64,000 nucleotides of DNA from an uncultured Gemmatimonadales bacterium. Lineage in GTDB: Bacteria > Gemmatimonadota > Gemmatimonadetes > Longimicrobiales > RSA9. Shown here one piece after another: positions 1 to 9,208 of this stretch. How positions within the stretch are numbered: the stretch's first letter is position 1; every line of letters begins with the position of its first letter. A program made the position numbers and the translations under genes. The notes beneath the pieces are model-generated. The model saw only the letters and a list, made by a program, of their open reading frames with translations, was not told the origin of the DNA and did no database searches. Location of the stretch: the NCBI GenBank assembly GCA_963708135.1, contig OY970192.1, positions 3,136,001-3,200,000 of the forward strand, in the 5' to 3' direction.

Positions 1-1466
1 CACTGATCGGCCTGCTCCTCGTTGGCGATGGACCAGCAGAAGACGCTCGGGTGGTTGCGGTCCCGCCGCACCATGCGCTCGAGCTGCGAGAGCCCCTCCG
101 CTCCGGGCTCGAACATGCGCGTCTCGTCGACGACCAGCATGCCCAGCCGGTCGCACGCGTCGAGCAGCTCCCTGGCCGGGGGGTTGTGCGCCGCGCGGTA
201 GGCGTTCGAGCCCATCGCCTTCAGGCGCTCGATCCGGTACGCCTGCAGCCGGTCGGGCACCGCCGCGCCGACGCCCGCGTGGTCCTGGTGGTTGCACGTG
301 CCGCGCAACTCGAGGCGCCGGCCGTTCAGGAAGAAGCCGCGCTCGGCGTCGAAGCGGATCGTGCGCATGCCGAAGGTGGTCTCGACGCGGTCGAGCACGC
401 CGTCCACGCCCTCCACGGTGGTGACCAGGCGGTAGAGCGCCGGCGAGTCGGGCGACCAGAGGGCCGGCCGCGCCACCAGGGCCTCCTGCGTCAGGGTGAG
501 GCCGGTGCACGCGGGCAGGCTCGCGGGCTCGGCGGCCGTCGTGGCGACCGTGTTCCCCGCCGCGTCCAGCACGGTGTGGGTGACGCGGCAGTCGGCGGTC
601 TCGCCGGCGTCGTTGGCGAGCTCGGTCGCGATCGTGAGGCGGGCGTCGTCGCCTTCCACCGCCGAGTGGACGAAGACGCCGTCCGGCGCGACGTGCACCG
701 GGCCCGTCTCGACCAGCCACACGTGCCGGTAGATGCCGGCGCCCTCGTAGAACCAGCCCTCGTGCTCGGTGGCGTCCACGCGCACGACGAGGATGTTGGG
801 CGCGGCCGGGTCGAAGACGTCGGTGAGGTCCACGCGGAAGGGCGCGTAGCCGCTCATGTTGCCCGCGAGGAAGTGTCCGTTGAATGCGACGATGGCATTG
901 CGGAACACCCCGTCGAACTCGAGCGCCAGGCGCCGTCCGCGGGCCAGGGCCTCGGGCAGCCGGATCTCGCGCCGGTACCAGCCGATGCTGGTGTCGGGCC
1001 AGCGGCGGCCGAGGGGCCTGAAGCCGGAGTCGCGGAGCTCGGGGTCGTTCACGAACGGCAGCTCGACCGCCCAGTCGTGGGGCAGGTCGAGCTCACGCCA
1101 CGCGGCCGCGTCGAAGTCGGGCTTCGAGGGCTCGAAGAGCGTGCCCGCCTTGGCGAATGCGCTCTTCCGGCCGTAGCCGAAGTCGCGGGCGGGGTCATCG
1201 GCGTGGCCCAGCGCGAAGCGCCAGCCGAAGTCGAGGAGCAGGCGTCGGCGGGGGGAGCCGGGCGCGGAGGAGGAGGCGGGCTCGAGACGCGAACGGGACC
1301 TCGGATCGCCGGGCGCCGTACCGAGGAGGCCCGGGGGCAGGGCACACGCGGCGGCGGCGCCGAGGGTGGTCCTGAGGAGCTCGCGGCGGGTCCAGCGCTC
1401 GGCGGGCGCGTGCCCAGCGAGGCATTCCTCTGCCTCGGGGCCGCCTTGCGGCTCGTCGCGGCTCAT
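1..1466 (-). CDS. GH2 beta-galactosidase (GalA-like), Tat-exported; 3' end runs off the window
   Basis: Not in the ORF track (no stop in window). Manual translation from ATG 1466 (GGAGGAG upstream): twin-Arg TRRELL, RLLLDFGWRFALG, DLPHDWAVELPF, IGWYRR, LEFDGVFRNA, GWFYEGAGIYRHVWL, GTCNHQDHAGVGAA, NAYRAAHNP. An in-frame alternative ATG lies at 1526. Confidence 0.88.
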   Translation of the reverse strand, partial: MSRDEPQGGPEAEECLAGHAPAERWTRRELLRTTLGAAAACALPPGLLGTAPGDPRSRSRLEPASSSAPGSPRRRLLLDFGWRFALGHADDPARDFGYGRKSAFAKAGTLFEPSKPDFDAAAWRELDLPHDWAVELPFVNDPELRDSGFRPLGRRWPDTSIGWYRREIRLPEALARGRRLALEFDGVFRNAIVAFNGHFLAGNMSGYAPFRVDLTDVFDPAAPNILVVRVDATEHEGWFYEGAGIYRHVWLVETGPVHVAPDGVFVHSAVEGDDARLTIATELANDAGETADCRVTHTVLDAAGNTVATTAAEPASLPACTGLTLTQEALVARPALWSPDSPALYRLVTTVEGVDGVLDRVETTFGMRTIRFDAERGFFLNGRRLELRGTCNHQDHAGVGAAVPDRLQAYRIERLKAMGSNAYRAAHNPPARELLDACDRLGMLVVDETRMFEPGAEGLSQLERMVRRDRNHPSVFCWSIANEEQADQ

Positions 1467-1537
1467 CCGCCTACTCCTCCGGCTCATCGAGACATTCCTC
1501 TGGCTCGGGGGCGGCCTCAACTTCATAACGAACCGTC

Positions 1538-1568
1538 ACGGAGGAAACGGAGGAACGGAGGAACGGAG
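1538..1568 (+). repeat. (ACGGAGGA[A])n microsatellite, left arm of an inverted pair around the GxxExxY gene
   Basis: acggaggaaacggaggaacggaggaacggag directly before the GTG start. Confidence 0.9.
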
Positions 1569-1954
1569 TGGAGCGTCGCGAGGTGGATCCTCTTACGGGG
1601 AAGATCATCGGCGCGGCCATCACGGTGCATCGGCACCTCGGGCCCGGGCTGCTGGAGTCCACGTACGGCGCGTGCCTGGCGGCCGAGCTGAGACACCTGG
1701 GGCTCGGCGTCGAGCGGCAGGCCGTCGTGGCGATCGATTATCGCGATCTCCGCCTCGAGCGCGCCTACCGCATCGACATCCTGGTCGAGCACACGGTCGT
1801 GGTGGAGCTCAAGGTCGCGGCTGCGCTGGCCCCGATCCATGTCCGCCAACTCCTCACCTATCTTCGTCTCGCCGACCTCCACGTCGGCCTCCTCTTCAAC
1901 TTCGATGTCGAAGCCCTCGCCGCCGGCGGCATCCGCCGCGTCTTCCGGCCCTGA
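1568..1954 (+). CDS. GxxExxY protein (PD-(D/E)XK nuclease-like fold)
   Basis: 128 aa; IIGAAITVHRHLGPGLLESTY (GxxExxY), RIDILVE, VVVELK, QLLTYL, GLLFNF. Confidence 0.92.
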   Translation: MERREVDPLTGKIIGAAITVHRHLGPGLLESTYGACLAAELRHLGLGVERQAVVAIDYRDLRLERAYRIDILVEHTVVVELKVAAALAPIHVRQLLTYLRLADLHVGLLFNFDVEALAAGGIRRVFRP

Positions 1955-1956
1955 TG

Positions 1957-1982
1957 CCTCCGTTTCCTCCGTTTCCTCCGTT
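1957..1982 (+). repeat. (CCTCCGTTT)n microsatellite, right arm (reverse complement of 1538-1568)
   Basis: cctccgtttcctccgtttcctccgtt, 2 nt after the stop codon. Confidence 0.9.
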
Positions 1983-2088
1983 CGCTCGTGTCCGGCCGTT
2001 GGACGTCTGCCGAGCCACGGGGCCTCCGCAGCGCGGCGCGGCGCGGTCTCGGCACCGCGAGGTCGCTGCGCCCGGGAACTCTCCGCTC

Positions 2089-2148
2089 GCCCGTGCCCGT
2101 GCCCGTTCCCCGTGCCCGTGCCCGTGCCCGTTCCCCTTGCCCGTGCCC
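2089..2148 (+). repeat. (GCCCGT)n imperfect hexanucleotide microsatellite
   Basis: gcccgtgcccgtgcccgttccccgtgcccgtgcccgtgcccgttccccttgcccgtgccc, upstream of galM. Confidence 0.85.
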
Positions 2149-2172
2149 CCGCCGTCCGCTCTCATTCCGGAC

Positions 2173-3231
2173 ATGCCCGATCCCTTCGGCACCCTCGACG
2201 ACGGCACGGTCGTCCACGCGCACACGCTCCGCAACCCGGCGGGGATCGTCGTCCGCGTCCTGGACTACGGCGGCATCATCCAGTCGCTCGAGGTGCCGGA
2301 CCGCGACGGCCGCGCGGTGGATGTCGTGCTCGGCTTCGACTCGCTGGAGCCGTACACGAGCGTGTCGCCGTACTTCGGCGCGCTGATCGGCCGCTACGCC
2401 AACCGCATCGGCGGCGGCCGCTTCGCGCTCGATGGGCGGACCTTCACGCTGGCCCGCAACGACCCGCCGAACCACCTGCACGGCGGCGAGCGGGGCTTCG
2501 ACCGGCGCCTGTGGAGCGCGGAGCCGTTCGAGGCGCGGGGCCGGCGCGGCCTGGTCCTCCGCTACGTCAGCCCGGACGGCGAGGAGGGCTACCCCGGGAC
2601 GCTGCGAGCCACCGCGAGCTACACGCTGAGCGACGATGGCCGCCTCGTCTTCGACTTCCAGGCCACGACGGACCGCGCAACGCCGGTGAACCTCACGCAG
2701 CACAGCTACTTCAACCTGGCCGGCGCGGGCGCGGGCAGCGTGCTGGGCCACGTCGCGCGGATCTCGGCGGAGTCGTTCACGCCGGTGGACGCGACGCTCA
2801 TCCCGACGGGCGAGCTGCGGAGCGTCGCGGGCACCCCGTTCGACTTCCGCGCGCCCACGCCGCTCGGCCAGCGGATCGACGGGGACGACGCCCAGCTCCG
2901 CCACGGCCACGGCTACGACCACAACCTCGTGCTCGAGCCTGCGGGCGAGGAGGGCGGCCTCCGCTTCGCGGCGCGGCTCGACGAGCCGGCGAGCGGGCGC
3001 ACGCTCGAGATCCTCACGGACCAGCCCGGGCTCCAGCTCTACACGGGCAACTACCTCGACGGCACGCTCAAGGGGAAGGGCGGCGTCGCCTACGGCCGCC
3101 ACGCCGGCGTGGCGCTCGAGACGCAGCACTTCCCCGACTCGCCGAACCGGCCGGAGTTCCCCGCCTCGATCCTGCGGCCCGGCCAGCTCTACCACACGCG
3201 CACGGCCTGGCGCTTCTCCGTGAGCGGCTGA
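2173..3231 (+). CDS. galM: Aldose 1-epimerase (galactose mutarotase)
   Basis: Start re-called at MPDPFGTL; YFGALIGRYANRI, NHLHGG, DGEEGYPG, VNLTQHSYFNL, GYDHN, LETQHFPDSPN. Confidence 0.95.
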   Translation: MPDPFGTLDDGTVVHAHTLRNPAGIVVRVLDYGGIIQSLEVPDRDGRAVDVVLGFDSLEPYTSVSPYFGALIGRYANRIGGGRFALDGRTFTLARNDPPNHLHGGERGFDRRLWSAEPFEARGRRGLVLRYVSPDGEEGYPGTLRATASYTLSDDGRLVFDFQATTDRATPVNLTQHSYFNLAGAGAGSVLGHVARISAESFTPVDATLIPTGELRSVAGTPFDFRAPTPLGQRIDGDDAQLRHGHGYDHNLVLEPAGEEGGLRFAARLDEPASGRTLEILTDQPGLQLYTGNYLDGTLKGKGGVAYGRHAGVALETQHFPDSPNRPEFPASILRPGQLYHTRTAWRFSVSG

Positions 3232-3246
3232 GCGGGAAGGACGCCG

Positions 3247-3268
3247 GCCCGGCGGTTCCACGCCGGGC
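3247..3268. terminator. GC hairpin between convergent galM and gdh, possible terminator
   Basis: gcccggcg-gttcca-cgccgggc, 8-bp stem; weak U-tract. Confidence 0.35.
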
Positions 3269-3339
3269 GCGGCGGTTTCGATGCTGCCGGGAAGACGCAA
3301 GCTCCAACGGCCGTTCTCCGTTCTCCGTTGCCTCGGCCC

Positions 3340-4782
<1,443 letters not shown>

Positions 4783-4819
4783 GCGCGAACCGCGCGAGGG
4801 GCGCAAGAAGGGCCGGGGC

Positions 4820-4947
4820 GGCGCTGTCGAGGCCGGCCGGGTTGCGGCCAGGCGGGGCTCGAGGGTGCCCGGCCGCGAGAGTGGGAGATCCCGGGCCGGC
4901 GATGTCGAGGCGGCCGGGTTGCGGCCAGGCAGGCTCGACCGTGCCGG
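4820..4947. repeat. Two imperfect ~50-bp direct repeats upstream of gdh
   Basis: ggcgctgtcgaggccggccgggttgcggccaggcggggctcga (4820) vs ggcgatgtcgaggcggccgggttgcggccaggcaggctcga (4898). Confidence 0.8.
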
Positions 4948-5127
4948 ACGCATGAGTGGGGGACCCTGGGCCGGCTTGGCGGGCGCTCGGCTCGCGAGGC
5001 CTCGCGCCCCGCCGGGCGGACTGCCGGTCCGAACGGCCGGGCGCGGGCACGGGCGAAGGGGGCCGGCCGCCGCCCCCACTCCGGGCCGCCGGGGGGAGGG
5101 AGGAAGGGGGCGGAGGGGCAGTCCGAC

Positions 5128-5574
5128 TCAGCCGGCCGCCACCCTGCCGCGCAGCAGGTCGCGGATCTCGGCGAGCAACTTCTCCTCGGCGCTGGGCGCG
5201 GGCGGGGCGGGCGGCGCGGGCGCGGCCTCTTCCCTCCTCTTCAGCCGGTTGAAGCTGCGGACTACCATGAAGACCACGAACGCGACGATGCCGAACGAGA
5301 TGAGCGCGTTCAGAAAGACGCCCAGGTTCACGGTCACGGCGCCGGCGGCTTTGGCGGCAGCAAGCGTCGCGTAGGGGCCGGGGTGGGTGCCGGATTTCAG
5401 CACCATGAAGATGTTCGAGAAGTCCACGCCGCCGAGCGCGAGTCCGATGGGCGGCATGATGATGTCATCGACCAGCGACTTCACGACCGTGGCGAACGCG
5501 GCGCCGATGATGATGCCGACCGCCATGTCGAGCATGTTGCCCTTGACCGCGAACTCCTTGAATTCCTTGAACAT
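5128..5574 (-). CDS. mscL: Large-conductance mechanosensitive channel
   Basis: [27 protein letters not shown]...[10 protein letters not shown]...[12 protein letters not shown]. Confidence 0.97.
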   Translation of the reverse strand: MFKEFKEFAVKGNMLDMAVGIIIGAAFATVVKSLVDDIIMPPIGLALGGVDFSNIFMVLKSGTHPGPYATLAAAKAAGAVTVNLGVFLNALISFGIVAFVVFMVVRSFNRLKRREEAAPAPPAPPAPSAEEKLLAEIRDLLRGRVAAG

Positions 5575-6063
5575 GAAACCCTCCGGGGTGAGCGGGACGC
5601 GGCCAGGCGGAGCGGGCTCGACGCGCGTGCGCCGGACGGCCGGCTCAATCAATGGCGCCCCGGCCCCGGCAGCGCAACGGTGTTCGCGGCCGAGGCGGAT
5701 GGCCCGGTCGACGCCGAGGGCATCGGCTGGAGGCTGCTCCGTCTCAGGGCCGAGCGTTTCGGAGAGCGCGCACGCCGCCGCACGTCGCCCGCCGGAAGCG
5801 GCCTCGCCATCGTTGCGCCGCGGGGCGCACCCCACCTACCTTGACCCGCCGCGCCGGCCCGGACGGAAAATCACGGGACCGCGTGGACGGCTCCCACTCC
5901 CCCACATCGACGCAAGACTGCTCGCATGAATGTGCGATGCCGCCGCGGCGGGGTCCATCGCAATGTCGGGCATTCCGGCGGCGTTCCGCCGGCGCGCGAC
6001 GCAGTCCTCCACGCCCGCGGCCCCTCCGGCCGCGGACGCGGGTTCCCCTCGCCAGGAGGCGGC

Positions 6064-7245
6064 ATGCGCATTCTCGGACGGCCGTACCGACGCACGACCC
6101 TGTGGCTCGCGGTAGCCGCGCTCGCGGCGGCCGGCCTCACGGCCTGGTTCGCCGTCCCCCCCGGCGGCGGCGCGAGCCGGACCTACTACGTGGCCGCCGA
6201 CGAGCTGGACTGGGACTACGCGCCCGCCGGCAGCGACCTGACCATGGGGCAGCCGCTGCCGAAGAAGCCGTTCGAGATCGTGAACGGGCCGCCCGACACG
6301 CTGGCCCGGGTGATGCGAAAGGCCGTCTACCACGAGTACACCGACAGCACGTTCACCACGCGCAAGCCGCGCCCCCCGAAGTGGCGGCACCTGGGCATCC
6401 TCGGCCCCGTGCTGCGCGGCGCCGTGGGCGACACCCTCGTGGTGGTGTTCCGCAACAACACGAAGTTCCCGGTCGGCATGCACCCCCACGGCGTCTTCTA
6501 CGCGAAGGCCTCCGAGGGCGCGCTCTACAGCGACGGCACCTCGGGCGCCGACAAGGCGGATGACGGCGTGCCGCCGGGCGGGACGCACCGCTACGTGTGG
6601 CCGATCCCGGAGCGGGCGGGGCCCGGGCCGAACGACCCGAGCTCCGTGGTGTGGCCGTACCACTCGCACACGCACGAGCTGAAGGACTTCCAGTCGGGTC
6701 TCGTGGGCGCGATCCTCGTGACCCGGCGGGGGATGGCCCGGGCCGACGGCTCGCCGAAGGACGTGGACCGCGAGTTCGTCACTCTGTTCGCGGCCATCAA
6801 CGAGGACGAGTCGAACTATTACCAGCACAACCTCGAGCGCTACACCGGCGACACGACGAAGGTGGGGCCCCACGGGCCACGCCTCTTCGCGGCGGACGCG
6901 GCCGAGAACTATCACACGATCAACGGCTATATGTACGGCAACCTGCCGCTGTCCTCGCTCCAGATGAAGGTGGGCGAGCGGGTGCGCTGGTACGTCATGT
7001 CCGGCACGGGTTTTGACGACTACCACTCGCCGCACTGGCACGGCAACACCGTGCTCGTGCACGGGGACCGGACGGACGTGCTGGATCTCGGCGCGCCACT
7101 CGTCACCGTCACCGCCGACATGGTGCCGGACAACCCGGGCACCTGGCTGTTCCACTGCCACTTCGGCGAGCACATGGTGGATGGCATGTCCGCCCGCTAC
7201 GGCGTGGTGCCGGAGGACGCGCCGCTGGTGGCGGAACGCCAATAG
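6064..7245 (+). CDS. Two-domain multicopper oxidase, ceruloplasmin-like
   Basis: N-terminal hydrophobic signal; RTYYVAADELDWDYAP, HLGILGPVLR, MHPHGV, WPYHSH, HSPHWHG, WLFHCHFGEHMVDGM. Start chosen at MRILG. Confidence 0.9.
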   Translation: MRILGRPYRRTTLWLAVAALAAAGLTAWFAVPPGGGASRTYYVAADELDWDYAPAGSDLTMGQPLPKKPFEIVNGPPDTLARVMRKAVYHEYTDSTFTTRKPRPPKWRHLGILGPVLRGAVGDTLVVVFRNNTKFPVGMHPHGVFYAKASEGALYSDGTSGADKADDGVPPGGTHRYVWPIPERAGPGPNDPSSVVWPYHSHTHELKDFQSGLVGAILVTRRGMARADGSPKDVDREFVTLFAAINEDESNYYQHNLERYTGDTTKVGPHGPRLFAADAAENYHTINGYMYGNLPLSSLQMKVGERVRWYVMSGTGFDDYHSPHWHGNTVLVHGDRTDVLDLGAPLVTVTADMVPDNPGTWLFHCHFGEHMVDGMSARYGVVPEDAPLVAERQ

Positions 7246-7309
7246 CCTCCCTCCGGCCCTCCACCGCTGTCCCGCTCGCGAGAACGTGCCGCGGCCGGCG
7301 CCCCGCCGC

Positions 7310-9022
7310 TCACTGGCGGCAGGGACCGTTCGGGTCGGCGGGCTTGGGGTGGTCGAGGGCGGGACGCGAGGGCATGTCGGCGAGCGTGCGTGCCATGTCG
7401 AGGACGAGGCGGGCCACGCGCGCCATGTCCGGATAGTCGATGTACTGCGCCTCGTCCGTCACCTGGTGGTAGTCCAGGTGCTCGCCGCGCGAGAGGCTGA
7501 CGGTCGGGATGCCGAAGCGCGCGTAGCTGTAGGCGTCGTTGCGGCAGAAGTAGTTCAGCGGATCGCCCGGCTGGTCATACTGCAGGTTGAAGACGAACGG
7601 CAACGGCAGGCGCGCGTTGGCGGAGTCGAGCACCGCGCCGAACGCGCTCGACATCCGGTAGGCGCCGATCATCTCGAGGTACGTGGGGCCGCCCGCCTTG
7701 CCGATGACGGGTACGTCCGTGGTCTTGCCCCGGCCGACCATGTCCTGGTCGATCTCGCCGACGATGGAGTCGAGCGGGACGCTCGGGTGGTCGGTGAAGT
7801 AGCGCGAGCCGAGCAGCCCGGCCTCCTCGGCCGTGTGGCTGATGAAGAGGATCGAGCGGCGCGCCCGCCGGCCCGCCGCCATCGCTTCGGCCACCTCGAG
7901 GATCGAGGCCGTCCCCGAGCCGTCATCATCGGCGCCGTTCCTGATCGAGTCCAGCCGCGGCCGGTGCACCTGGCGCAGGCTGTCGAGGAGCGCATGGATG
8001 CGCGTCCACTCCTCGGGCGTGGCCGGCCGCGGCGGCGAGTCTGCGCCCATCGGCCGGACCACGCGGTTGAAGGCGCGCAGCGAGTCGTGGTCCACCGGGG
8101 CGTGGTCGAAGCCGACGTGGTCGTTGTGCGCGCTCAAGGCGACGTACTCGCCCGCGAGCGCCGGATCGCTTCCGCGCAGCACGCCGATCACGTTCCTGGC
8201 CGGGAACGCCACCGGCCGGCGCAGGTAGCCGAAGCGGCCGCGCACCGCGGCGCCGCCGGCGCCCGGCTCGAGCGTGGCCGGATCGGCGCCCAGGAGCGCG
8301 CGCGCGGCGGCCCGCGTCACGAGCAGGACCGGCACCGTGCGCGGATCGGCCGCGGAGTCGGGCACGGGCCGGCCGCTGGAGAAGCGGGCGAGGATCTCCG
8401 GCGGCAGCTGCTCGAGGACCGGCACCGCGAGCGCGGCCGCGCCCGTCCAGCGTGCCGCGTCGGCGAGGGCGCCGCGCAGCGGCGCCCCGGGCGGGACATC
8501 GAGCACGACGAGCTTGCCCGCGGCGCTCGCGGGCTGGATCCAGCGCGCGCTGTCCGTCACCGCTCCGCCGTACACCACCTCGGTGCCGTCCAGCACGCGG
8601 GGCGGCCCGCTCGGGACCGGCACGAAGTCGCGCCCGAGCTCGAGCGCCGCGCCGCCTGCCTCGATCCGCGAGGCGGGATCGAGCGTCAGGACCCAGAGCG
8701 GCACCGTCTGGAAGTAGCCATCCTCGCCCGCCGGCTCGATCCCCAGCCGGCGGAACTCCGCCGCGACGTAGGCGGCCGCCTGGTAGTCGCCCCGGCTGCC
8801 GCTCTCGCGGCCCATCATCGAGTCGTCCGCGAGTAGCCGCTCCCGCGTCTGGAGGTCGGCCGTCGTGATGGCCGGCACGGTGGCCGTTGGCGCGGCGCCG
8901 CTACCGGCCGCCGCGGGGCGGCCTGCCGCGGCCGGACCCGTGCCGCCCTGGTGCGCCGGTCCTCCGGCGGCGGCGCAGCCGCCCAGCGCCAGCGCGACGA
9001 GCGCCGCCGCGGCGCCCCTCAC
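7310..9022 (-). CDS. M28 family peptidase, lipoprotein
   Basis: Lipobox LGGC; DSMMGRESG, NVIG, SAHNDH, NGADDDGSG, HTAEEAGLLGS, DMVGR, HLDYHQVTD. Confidence 0.92.
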   Translation of the reverse strand: MRGAAAALVALALGGCAAAGGPAHQGGTGPAAAGRPAAAGSGAAPTATVPAITTADLQTRERLLADDSMMGRESGSRGDYQAAAYVAAEFRRLGIEPAGEDGYFQTVPLWVLTLDPASRIEAGGAALELGRDFVPVPSGPPRVLDGTEVVYGGAVTDSARWIQPASAAGKLVVLDVPPGAPLRGALADAARWTGAAALAVPVLEQLPPEILARFSSGRPVPDSAADPRTVPVLLVTRAAARALLGADPATLEPGAGGAAVRGRFGYLRRPVAFPARNVIGVLRGSDPALAGEYVALSAHNDHVGFDHAPVDHDSLRAFNRVVRPMGADSPPRPATPEEWTRIHALLDSLRQVHRPRLDSIRNGADDDGSGTASILEVAEAMAAGRRARRSILFISHTAEEAGLLGSRYFTDHPSVPLDSIVGEIDQDMVGRGKTTDVPVIGKAGGPTYLEMIGAYRMSSAFGAVLDSANARLPLPFVFNLQYDQPGDPLNYFCRNDAYSYARFGIPTVSLSRGEHLDYHQVTDEAQYIDYPDMARVARLVLDMARTLADMPSRPALDHPKPADPNGPCRQ

Positions 9023-9174
9023 GCGCCTTCCTCGATGGTGTCGATCTCGCGCCGGCCGTGGTCCACGAGCTCGTGGTAGCCTCGGAGGGCGTCCTCGACG
9101 TCCTTCGTCTGCTTCTCCACCATAGGCCGGACCTTCCCGGGCTTGAGGTACATGAGGTCGCGGATCAGCAGCAT
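9019..9174 (-). CDS. Small 51-aa ORF, possibly an internally deleted NIPSNAP/Dabb-like protein
   Basis: Below the ORF-track cutoff. GGGAGG RBS; MLLIRDLMYLKPGKVRPMVEKQTKDVEDALRGYHELVDHGRREIDTIEEGA*; its stop overlaps the M28 GTG (GTGA). Confidence 0.6.
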   Translation of the reverse strand: MLLIRDLMYLKPGKVRPMVEKQTKDVEDALRGYHELVDHGRREIDTIEEGA

Positions 9175-9208
9175 GGTTCGCCTCCCTTGCGTGAGGGGTG
9201 CGGGATGT

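Noticed and set aside
51..1691. 546-aa plus-strand ORF
   Set aside because: It is an antisense shadow of the minus-strand GH2 gene.
3306..3329. aacggccgttctccgttctccgtt as another GxxExxY arm
   Set aside because: It is too short, has a 7-bp rather than 8-9-bp period, and has no partner arm.
5575..6063. N-terminal extensions of mscL and the MCO, or a separate small gene
   Set aside because: No recognisable motifs; the frames are probably open because of high GC.
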